Virus record (IMG/VR): IMGVR_UViG_3300042922_001182
Span: 1 to 64,000 of that record
Strand: one strand, 5' to 3'
Length of the DNA: 64,000 nt
Shown: positions 7,962-16,016 of the stretch, piece after piece
Layout: the number at the start of each line of letters is the position of its first letter
Position numbering within the stretch: position 1 is the first letter of the stretch
Notes under the pieces: generated by a model
Database searches by the model: none
The model's input: the letters and a program-made list of their open reading frames with translations, nothing else
What the model was told of the DNA's origin: nothing
Translations under genes and position numbers: made by a program

Positions 7962-10061
7962 CTAGAGCTCGATGACCAGTAGGCCACCGTAGACGGTACC
8001 GGTGCCAGAGGTGACCTTAGCCGAGACCTGGAAGTTGTGGGGGCCAGCCGTTGGGGTCACCACGGCCCAAGCCGTAATGGGGATCTCCTCGTTGGCGATG
8101 TAGGTGTTGTAGGTGGGCTCGGCCGCATCCGTCAGCACGACGTCGTCCATCATCAGCCTCACCGAGGTGCTACCGGTCGAGAGGGAGTTCTTGACCTGGC
8201 CGGAGAACAGGAAGAGCATCCTGCGCCCGGTGCAGTTGGGCGTGCAGGTGTTGCCGAGGGGGACGAAGGTGGTGGAGGTGACGGTCGGGAACCCCAGGTC
8301 GGTCGAGGCCACTGGGTGCCCACGGTGGTGCCTCCGAGAGTGATCGATGAGAGCCCTCACCATCTGCATGTCATCCTGGGGGTAAACCTGGCGGTCGTCG
8401 ATCACCTGCACGGCGCACGGGAGGATGTCTATGGAGTCGATGGTGAACTGCTTCCCGGTGGAGGAGGCGTTCTTGGTGTTCGTCGCCATTATGGTGACGT
8501 CGTAGTAGCCGTAGTCTGGCCCGGAGTAGGTGAAGACCGGGCTGATGTCGTTGGGAGCGGCCTTGTAGGTGTCCACGGTTCCGTTGTCGATCCCGTTGAC
8601 GATGACCCTGAAGATACCCGTGTCCGTCTGCCTCTTGGCCCAGATCTGGAAGCCGCTCCCTGTGAACTTGAAGTTACAGTAGTCGGTGGCGTTGAGGTTG
8701 GTGTTGACGCTCTTCCGCCCGCCCGTGATCGAGGGATCGTCGTAGTAAGCCCACCCGGAGCCAAGGTAGAGCATCCTCGTATTGGCGGGGGACTTCACCC
8801 AGCCGGTGGCCGGGGTGGGGAACACGCGGGCGAGCCTGACCGCGCCCTCCGGCAGGGCCGGGGCCTTCGGCCGGTAGGTGAAGAAGGCGCGGATATCCAC
8901 GATGTAGTAGTTCGATAGGGCATTCTTGGTGCCCATCTTCCGAAGCTTTACCTTATGGGTTCCGTAGTGCAGGTTGTAGCCGATACCAGCCAACACCACC
9001 CCGTTGACGGCGGCGTAGAGGTCGATGGACCCCTTGACCACCCCGTCCACCGAGTACTCGACGTAGCCCATATCCGGACCGGTTCCGAACTCTACGGCCA
9101 AACCGGTGCCAACGAAGATGACCTCCATGAAGTCGGTGTTCGTGGTGTTGCTATCGCTGTTATCCCCGGTGTGCCCGAGGCGCACCCAAGTTGGGGCAGA
9201 AGTTCGCCTGGTAACCCAGGCGTGGAAGTAGTCCCCAGTCGTATCCCCTGCGGATACCCTGGCCAGGCTCCTTTCGTTATTCTCCAGGAAGGTTGCGTAG
9301 GTCCCACCTGCGGTGGGCTCCCCCTGGATGACCGTGGGGGCCGTGGCCCCCGGCATCAGCACCACCAGGTCCTGGCGGCCGTGCTCGGAGGACCCGGAGA
9401 GCGGCTGGATGCTCAGGCTCCCGGCCGTCTCCACCTCCGCTAGCCTCCCCCCGGGGTACGCCTTCCCGGGGACGTACCGCACGGAGCTGTCGTAGGTAGT
9501 GGTTATCTCAAAACCGCCGATGGCAACGAGGAAATCGTTGGCGAAGGCATTCTTCGTCCCCTTGACTGTAATGGTGGTCTCGTGATCTCCGTACTCACGG
9601 GTAGAGATACCCAGGACGTAGCCGTAGCTGGTCAGCGCAGCACCACCGAGATCAGCCTCCGTCGGATCCTCGCCGTCGGTGGAGTACTCGAACACACCCC
9701 GGTTTGGATGCCACAGGGTGACGAGGCTGAGTACCGTACCCCTCCATCGGATGGTGACGGTACTGCCAGGGACAGTCGTCTGGACGAAGCAGGGGGCAGC
9801 GTGCGAGGGTAGCTCCGGGTTGTTCCTGGCGAAGCCCCAAAAGTACCCGGCATCGCCGAAGTTCGTATCATATCGAACCCACGGGCCGTTGAGCGTTATC
9901 CTCCCGTCCCTGGGGGTGAGCCTCCCCGTTAACGGGTCCGGATCGCTCTCGATCGTCACCCTCTCCGTACCGCCCTCGATGCGGAGATCCGATTCCGAGT
10001 GAACGCCGTGGGGAAGCCTGTCCGCAATCGCCGTCAGCCCTAGCACTTTGCTTTGAATCAT
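7962..10061 (-). CDS. Tail-associated receptor-binding protein, paralog 3 of 3 (repeated CBM-like beta-sandwiches)
   Basis: MIQxxVLxL start; three FxGT...SxDG...GxH...TKNA modules; 699 aa. Confidence 0.75.
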   Translation of the reverse strand: MIQSKVLGLTAIADRLPHGVHSESDLRIEGGTERVTIESDPDPLTGRLTPRDGRITLNGPWVRYDTNFGDAGYFWGFARNNPELPSHAAPCFVQTTVPGSTVTIRWRGTVLSLVTLWHPNRGVFEYSTDGEDPTEADLGGAALTSYGYVLGISTREYGDHETTITVKGTKNAFANDFLVAIGGFEITTTYDSSVRYVPGKAYPGGRLAEVETAGSLSIQPLSGSSEHGRQDLVVLMPGATAPTVIQGEPTAGGTYATFLENNERSLARVSAGDTTGDYFHAWVTRRTSAPTWVRLGHTGDNSDSNTTNTDFMEVIFVGTGLAVEFGTGPDMGYVEYSVDGVVKGSIDLYAAVNGVVLAGIGYNLHYGTHKVKLRKMGTKNALSNYYIVDIRAFFTYRPKAPALPEGAVRLARVFPTPATGWVKSPANTRMLYLGSGWAYYDDPSITGGRKSVNTNLNATDYCNFKFTGSGFQIWAKRQTDTGIFRVIVNGIDNGTVDTYKAAPNDISPVFTYSGPDYGYYDVTIMATNTKNASSTGKQFTIDSIDILPCAVQVIDDRQVYPQDDMQMVRALIDHSRRHHRGHPVASTDLGFPTVTSTTFVPLGNTCTPNCTGRRMLFLFSGQVKNSLSTGSTSVRLMMDDVVLTDAAEPTYNTYIANEEIPITAWAVVTPTAGPHNFQVSAKVTSGTGTVYGGLLVIEL

Positions 10062-10064
10062 GTC

Positions 10065-10475
10065 TTAACCTCCTGGAGAGACGCTCTCCCTTTCCTTGGG
10101 GATCTCGGTCTTAATGGCATCTGCCTCGGCGAGGATGCCCTCCATATCCGGGCCGATATCCACTCCCGAATCGAGAAGGAGCTTCGCCATCTTTCGGATG
10201 GCTTCAACCTGCGACACGATCGGGATACGCTTGTTGTACTCCGTGGACCTCAGCTGATCGTAGTCGTAGGGTTCCACGTAGACGTAGCTCCGAACGGCCT
10301 CTTCGAGGGCTTCAGCCTGCTCCTCGGTCAAGGGGTCCCTACCGGGGTGCAGGTGGAAGCTCACGGTGGCGCCGTTGGTCGACAACCGGTCGCCGAAGGC
10401 GTCGATGCCGTGATCCTCGATGTGCTTGGCCAGCGCGTGGAGGTCGCGCTGGGGGACCTCGAAGTCGTATCTCAT
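10065..10475 (-). CDS. Small tail fibre assembly/chaperone-like protein
   Basis: 136 aa between fibre genes; C-terminal helix LRSTEY...QVEAI...IKTEIPK. Confidence 0.55.
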   Translation of the reverse strand: MRYDFEVPQRDLHALAKHIEDHGIDAFGDRLSTNGATVSFHLHPGRDPLTEEQAEALEEAVRSYVYVEPYDYDQLRSTEYNKRIPIVSQVEAIRKMAKLLLDSGVDIGPDMEGILAEADAIKTEIPKERESVSPGG

Positions 10476-10493
10476 GTTCTTTTCCTTTCCTCT

Positions 10494-12605
10494 CTAGTCG
10501 GTTAGCTCGAAGACGAGCAAGACCCCGTGTAAGGTGGCGGTACCGGAGTTAACCCACGCCCCCAGGTTGAAGGTGTGGATCCCAGGCGACGCCCCGGTGT
10601 ACCCCCAGGACATGATGGGGATCTTCTCGGAGGCGACGGCCGTGGCGTAGGCGATCTGAGGAGTGGCAGCCATTCCCACGCCGTCCATCATGAGACGTAG
10701 ATACGTGTAAGCCGACGACGTGTTGTTGAACAGTTCCCCTGCGTAGATCACGAGCAGCGGCCGCCCGCTGCACGAGATGGAGAGGGTGTTGCCTACCGCA
10801 ACGATGCTGGTGCTGGAGGTGGTGGGGGCCCCCACGCCGATCTGGGCGCTAGCGGCCGGGAGATGCGCGGCCTTCAGATGCTCGCGCAGTGTCACCTCCA
10901 GCTGCGCCGGACCCTGAGAGAGCTTCGAGCGAAGATCTCTTACCTGCATAGGAAGCGGCTTGTACTCGAAGGAGTCGAAGTTGATGGTGTTTCCCCCGGA
11001 GCTGGCGTTCTTCGTATTGGTCATGCGGACCTCCAATGTATGGAAGCCCGGCGTTAGAATCGAGGAGGTGAACATCACCTGGATGTTGGTTGCAGAGGTG
11101 TTGTTATAAGAGTCCACGTTCTGAACGAAGACTCCATCGATGTAGATAGCCGCAATTCCCTTACCGACGTTGTAGTTCAGCAAGAGCCTGCACTGGGTGC
11201 CTACGAATGTAAACTCGACCTTGTCGGTGGTGTTCGTGTTGTTGTTTCCCAGGCGGCTCCCTCCGGTGTAGTCGCTGTGTGTATCAACTAGCCAGTTGGT
11301 ACCGGTCAGCTTCCAACCGGAGAGGTTGCTCATTCGGATCCAGCCGTTGTCAGGAGTGACAACCCAGTCGGCGAGAGGCATGGCGTCCACCGGGCAGAGC
11401 GGGGCCCTGGGCTGGTAGACGTCGAAGGCGTCGACCCGGACCCGGTAGCCGGTGGAGCTGGCGTTCTTGGTGCCTAGCTTCCGGATTTTCAGGGTGTGGT
11501 AGCCGTAAGGGAGGTTGTAGGCCAGCTGGAACGGGTACTCCGTCCTATTCGTCGGAGAGTAACCATCGACGATCGTCTCTGACCCCCCGTTGATGGACCA
11601 CGCGAAGTTGCCGCAGTCCGGCCCGGTGTACATCACCACGTCGATGCCGGTACCGATGAAGCCTACCGAGATGGCGGGGGTGGAAGAGGTGTCCGCAGAG
11701 GTGGTCGCGTCCCCCAGGTCTACGCGGGACCCGTTCGAATTGTAGATATCCTCCTTGAGGGTATCGCCATTCGTCCATACGATAGCCATGCGGTTGGAGC
11801 GATCCTCCGCCTCCACCCGATAGGCCACCTCGTTCTTCTTCAGGAATTGATAACGGGTGTCGGTAGAATAGGATGTCTCCCCACGAATGACCTCCGGTGC
11901 GAGTGAGCCTGCCCTCAGAACGACCAGGTCTCGGGCCCCGAGGCTACCAGCGGGTAGAGTTGCAGAGAGAGTTCCGACAGAATCGATGCTCGTCGGACGG
12001 CCATCAGGGAAGCCGGTACCAGAAAGGTACTTCGCCTCCTGTAGGGTGTTGACCAGGACATCGATGCCGTACAGCCAGACGCCGCAGCTGGCGCCGCCGC
12101 CCGAGTTGCCCGTAATCGTAATGACGACGGTGTGATCGCCCAGGGCGAGCCCCGTGGCAACCGGCAGCCTGTGGCTACCGCAGTAGAGCGGGCTATAGGG
12201 GTTGTATGTAGTCGCGCTGCCGCCGTCGATCGAGACGGTAAAGGTACCGCTAGAAGAATGCAGGGGGAGAATCAGGGCTAGACCGACACCGTAGAAGCTG
12301 ATCGTCATGGTCGCCCCCGGGTTATGGGAGGCCATCTGACCGTTGGTGTTGGAGGCCGGGAAGGCCGCGTTGTGGACCGGGGCGGTCCCGACATTGGGCG
12401 GGTTCCCGCCCGGGTGGTGGGACCAGTAGCCGGTGAGCTTGATCCTGCTGTCGAACGGTACCAGCTCGTCCGTAACACGGTCGCGGTAGGCGTCCATTCC
12501 GATGCGCTCGACCCCGGCGCAGACCCGGAGGTCACCGTCAGATACGACGTTGTTCCTTAGGCGCTTCTGGATGGCATCCAGGTCTAAGACTTGAGGTTGG
12601 ATCAT
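10494..12605 (-). CDS. Tail-associated receptor-binding protein, paralog 2 of 3
   Basis: Collinear with 7962..10061 and 12645..14795; 703 aa. Confidence 0.75.
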   Translation of the reverse strand: MIQPQVLDLDAIQKRLRNNVVSDGDLRVCAGVERIGMDAYRDRVTDELVPFDSRIKLTGYWSHHPGGNPPNVGTAPVHNAAFPASNTNGQMASHNPGATMTISFYGVGLALILPLHSSSGTFTVSIDGGSATTYNPYSPLYCGSHRLPVATGLALGDHTVVITITGNSGGGASCGVWLYGIDVLVNTLQEAKYLSGTGFPDGRPTSIDSVGTLSATLPAGSLGARDLVVLRAGSLAPEVIRGETSYSTDTRYQFLKKNEVAYRVEAEDRSNRMAIVWTNGDTLKEDIYNSNGSRVDLGDATTSADTSSTPAISVGFIGTGIDVVMYTGPDCGNFAWSINGGSETIVDGYSPTNRTEYPFQLAYNLPYGYHTLKIRKLGTKNASSTGYRVRVDAFDVYQPRAPLCPVDAMPLADWVVTPDNGWIRMSNLSGWKLTGTNWLVDTHSDYTGGSRLGNNNTNTTDKVEFTFVGTQCRLLLNYNVGKGIAAIYIDGVFVQNVDSYNNTSATNIQVMFTSSILTPGFHTLEVRMTNTKNASSGGNTINFDSFEYKPLPMQVRDLRSKLSQGPAQLEVTLREHLKAAHLPAASAQIGVGAPTTSSTSIVAVGNTLSISCSGRPLLVIYAGELFNNTSSAYTYLRLMMDGVGMAATPQIAYATAVASEKIPIMSWGYTGASPGIHTFNLGAWVNSGTATLHGVLLVFELTD

Positions 12606-12644
12606 GACGTTATATCTCCTATCCAGGCTGCAAAGCGCCGGTCT

Positions 12645-14795
12645 CTATATCGTGGTGTTTACCGGGAGCTCGCCCACCTCCATCACGAGGAGCCTACCGG
12701 AGTAGGTCGCCGTACCGCCGGACACCTTCACGCTGATGCCGAAGTCGTGTAGACCTGGAGACGGACAAGCCACAAAGGCCAAGGTGGTTATCGGCATGTA
12801 CTCGTTAGCCGTGGCAGTAGCGTAGTCGTTATCTGCATGGTCGACAACCTCTAGGACTACGCCATCCATATGAGGTTTGATGGACGAGACGGCCGTGGAG
12901 GTGTTGTTGGTCACCTGCCCGGAGAAAAGGAGCAGGATCGGCCTGCCGGAGCAGTCCATGTAGGCCCTGTCGCCGACGGGAACGGGGGTGAGGCTGGTGG
13001 TGGTGACCGCGCTGTAGCTCACAGAAGAGTTCTGCCTCTTCTTGTCGTGGTGCTTCCTCTCGTGCTCTCTCAAGACGGAGATCAACGCATCCTTACCAAG
13101 GGGGTCCGTCTCGCGCAGGTCCTTCACGTAGGGGATGGCAGGCCTGACCTCGATGCAGTCGATGTTGATTGCGTAGCCCGTTGCTGAGGAATGCTTTGCA
13201 TTCGTGGTACGCACCGTGACGGTGTGGTAGCCGCCGTGGGGGAGGGTGCCGGAGGTGTACTGGACCGCATCGAACAGCTGAACTGGGTCGTAGGTAGTCA
13301 CCTGCGCGGTCAGGACGCCGTCCACAAGGACGTCGTACCAGCCCCCGACGGCCGGACCCTTGTTCCCCCTCAGCCTGAACTTGTCCCCGGTGAAGCCGAA
13401 GGTCAGGGTGTCCGTGGTGTTGGTGTTAGCGTTGTTCCAGGTGGTGCCCATGGACAGCGGCTCGTTGGTGTTGAGCAGCCAGTTAGCACCTTCCTGCAAG
13501 CCGAGCTCGGTGCTCTCGTGCCTTATCCATGCGTCCGAGGGGTACTGCACCGCCTCGCAGAGCGCCATGGCATCCGACGGAACATCTGGGGCCTTCGGGT
13601 GATAGACATTGTAGCCACCGATCAGGATGCTGTAGCCGGAAGAGCTGGCGTTCTTCGTGCCGGTCTTCCTCACCTTCAGCTGGTGGTAGCCGAAAGGGAG
13701 GTTGTAGGCGAGTACCTGCGTCCTGGCGGTATCGACGAGAGAATACGCGTCGACGGTGGTCTCCGCCCCTCCGTCGATGGACCACGCGAATATGCCCCGC
13801 TGGGACTGCCCGTTGAAGAGAATCTCGATCCCCGTGCCGATGAAGCCGATCACCTGGAAGTCCACGCCGGTCGCGTCGTCAGCTGCGGGCCCGGGGCCTC
13901 CCAGCCGGATCAGCTTGGGGTTGACGTCAAGCGTCGACGCGTTGGTGGAGTAGACCCGGCCGAGCACGCCCGTGCCGTCGCTGGCCCCGATGTGGAAGGC
14001 GACCTCGCTCTTAGAGAGGAACGTCGCAAGGCTGTCGCCCGCGCTGGTGGGATCCCCCTGGATCACCTCCGGGGCTTCGGCCCCCGCCCTCAGAATGACC
14101 AAGTCCCTTCGGGCGCTGGCCGTCCCGAGGGTCGGAAGGGAGAGGGTACCGGCGAGGACGCTGGTAGGGCGGACTTTGATGAACGCCGTTCCGGCCTTAT
14201 ACGCCAAAGTGCTGTCCAGACCGCGCACGACGTCGAAGCCCTCGATGCGGACCACCATGTCCGTGGCCGACGCGTTCTTGCTGCTGGAGACGGTGATGAC
14301 CGTGGTATGGGGCCCGTTGTTCAACCCGGAGGCGATAAGCCTTGGAATGCCGTCGATCGCGCTGTTGTTCCAGTTGTCGTACTGCACGGAAGCGCCTCCA
14401 TCCGTGGAGACCGTGTACATGCCGGAGCCGCCCCATCGGGTGCTGTAGATTACCAGGTCGGTACCCTCCCAGTTGATCGTCAGCTGCTGACCCGCCCGCC
14501 CCGTGAAGACCCTGAAGTTCAGCCCGACCTGGGGCAGGGCGGGGTTATTCCCGGCAGGGGTCCCCGCGTACCCAGGGAGGCCGAAGAACGGGCTGTGCGA
14601 CGCGGTCCATGAGGAGGACCCCTTGATGGAGAGTCGGTCGTCGTCGAAGACGAGCTCGTTCGTCAGGGGCTCCCAGTACGCGTTCAGGCTGATGCGCTCG
14701 ATGCCCGCCATGACGCGGATGTCATCTTGCGACAGGACAGTGTCGCGAAGCACGCCCTGGAGGGGTGAAAGGTCAAGCACTTCTTCCTGGATCAT
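12645..14795 (-). CDS. Tail-associated receptor-binding protein, paralog 1 of 3
   Basis: Same architecture (RRDLVILRAG..PEVIQG, YNLPxGYH, KNASS); 716 aa. Confidence 0.75.
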   Translation of the reverse strand: MIQEEVLDLSPLQGVLRDTVLSQDDIRVMAGIERISLNAYWEPLTNELVFDDDRLSIKGSSSWTASHSPFFGLPGYAGTPAGNNPALPQVGLNFRVFTGRAGQQLTINWEGTDLVIYSTRWGGSGMYTVSTDGGASVQYDNWNNSAIDGIPRLIASGLNNGPHTTVITVSSSKNASATDMVVRIEGFDVVRGLDSTLAYKAGTAFIKVRPTSVLAGTLSLPTLGTASARRDLVILRAGAEAPEVIQGDPTSAGDSLATFLSKSEVAFHIGASDGTGVLGRVYSTNASTLDVNPKLIRLGGPGPAADDATGVDFQVIGFIGTGIEILFNGQSQRGIFAWSIDGGAETTVDAYSLVDTARTQVLAYNLPFGYHQLKVRKTGTKNASSSGYSILIGGYNVYHPKAPDVPSDAMALCEAVQYPSDAWIRHESTELGLQEGANWLLNTNEPLSMGTTWNNANTNTTDTLTFGFTGDKFRLRGNKGPAVGGWYDVLVDGVLTAQVTTYDPVQLFDAVQYTSGTLPHGGYHTVTVRTTNAKHSSATGYAINIDCIEVRPAIPYVKDLRETDPLGKDALISVLREHERKHHDKKRQNSSVSYSAVTTTSLTPVPVGDRAYMDCSGRPILLLFSGQVTNNTSTAVSSIKPHMDGVVLEVVDHADNDYATATANEYMPITTLAFVACPSPGLHDFGISVKVSGGTATYSGRLLVMEVGELPVNTTI

Positions 14796-14876
14796 TCTTC
14801 TCTCCTTATTGCTAAAACTGCCTAGACAGGAAAAGAGGAGGGTTGGAATTCTTTTACGGTTTCCAACCCCCTCGGT

Positions 14877-16016
14877 CTACGCCGCCAGCAGGCCGATCAC
14901 CCGGACCTGGACGTTGATCGTCTGGGCGCCCAAGATCACCGGCGTGGTGGTCAGCACCTTCAGGACGTCCCCTGGGCTGAAGCTGACGGTGTTCCCGACC
15001 TGCCCGGTGGTGACGTTGGTCACCGGGAGGCCCCCGGCGACGGACTCAGCGGTGCCCGCAGACGCGGCCACGCCGATGTCGCAGCCGAAGTCCATGGCGT
15101 CCATGCTGGTGGTGCCGGTGCCGAAGGCCAGGTACGCCCTATTACCGACCATCATACCGGCGGCACGGGTCCTGTTCCTGGGCATCGTCAGGTTGTTGGC
15201 CCAGGTGTTGTTCGTCGGGTTGTACGTCAGTATGGCGCTGCTGACGACGTTGCTGTTGTTCATGCCGCCGCAGATGTAAATCAGGCCGTTCCCCGGTACC
15301 AGGGGAATCGCCTCCGATAGGATGAGGGGCTGGTCCGCCAGGGCGACCCAGGTGTTGGTGCCGTCCTCGTAGCGGTAGCACTTCTGGTTGGCCACACCGC
15401 CGGTGTGGCCTCCGAAGACGTGGAACTTGCCGTTGTAGTCGAAGGAGGCGGAGGCCGCCCTGGACGCCGGGAGGTTGGTCAGGCCAGAAGCCCAGAGGCC
15501 AGTGGAGAAGCTGTACTTGTAGAGGGCGCTATTCGCGGACTGGGTGGTGCCGCCAGGCTCGCCTCTTACGAGGTAGAAGTTATCGCCGATGATCACCGCC
15601 TGGTCGTCTGCGACGGTGGCGGGAGTGACGACCGAGGACAGGGACCAGCTGTTGGCGGCGATGTCGTAGGCGTAAACGGTGTTGTAGTAGGTGCTGGTAC
15701 CGGTCTTGCCACCGACCAGGTAGATCACCCCAGCCCGGTGGACGGCGGTGACCGACTCCCGGCCCACCGGGGGCGCGGCCCCGGTGCTCCAGGTGTTGCT
15801 GGCGATGTCGTAGATGTCCATGGACTGCTGGATGACGGACGAGCCGTCCTTGCCGCCGATGAAGTAGAGCTTCGAGCCGACCGCCACGTAGGCGACCTCG
15901 TCCCTGGCCTGGGTGGGCTGGGCGAGGTTGTTGACGGCCCCGCCCAGCGTCCTGGATACGATGACTTCACTTGCGTTCATCCTCCCTTGGAAGAAGGATA
16001 TCAGAGGTGGTGCCAT
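14877..16016 (-). CDS. Kelch-repeat beta-propeller protein
   Basis: About six repeats of type LYxxGG...YDxxxNxW. Confidence 0.85.
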   Translation of the reverse strand: MAPPLISFFQGRMNASEVIVSRTLGGAVNNLAQPTQARDEVAYVAVGSKLYFIGGKDGSSVIQQSMDIYDIASNTWSTGAAPPVGRESVTAVHRAGVIYLVGGKTGTSTYYNTVYAYDIAANSWSLSSVVTPATVADDQAVIIGDNFYLVRGEPGGTTQSANSALYKYSFSTGLWASGLTNLPASRAASASFDYNGKFHVFGGHTGGVANQKCYRYEDGTNTWVALADQPLILSEAIPLVPGNGLIYICGGMNNSNVVSSAILTYNPTNNTWANNLTMPRNRTRAAGMMVGNRAYLAFGTGTTSMDAMDFGCDIGVAASAGTAESVAGGLPVTNVTTGQVGNTVSFSPGDVLKVLTTTPVILGAQTINVQVRVIGLLAA

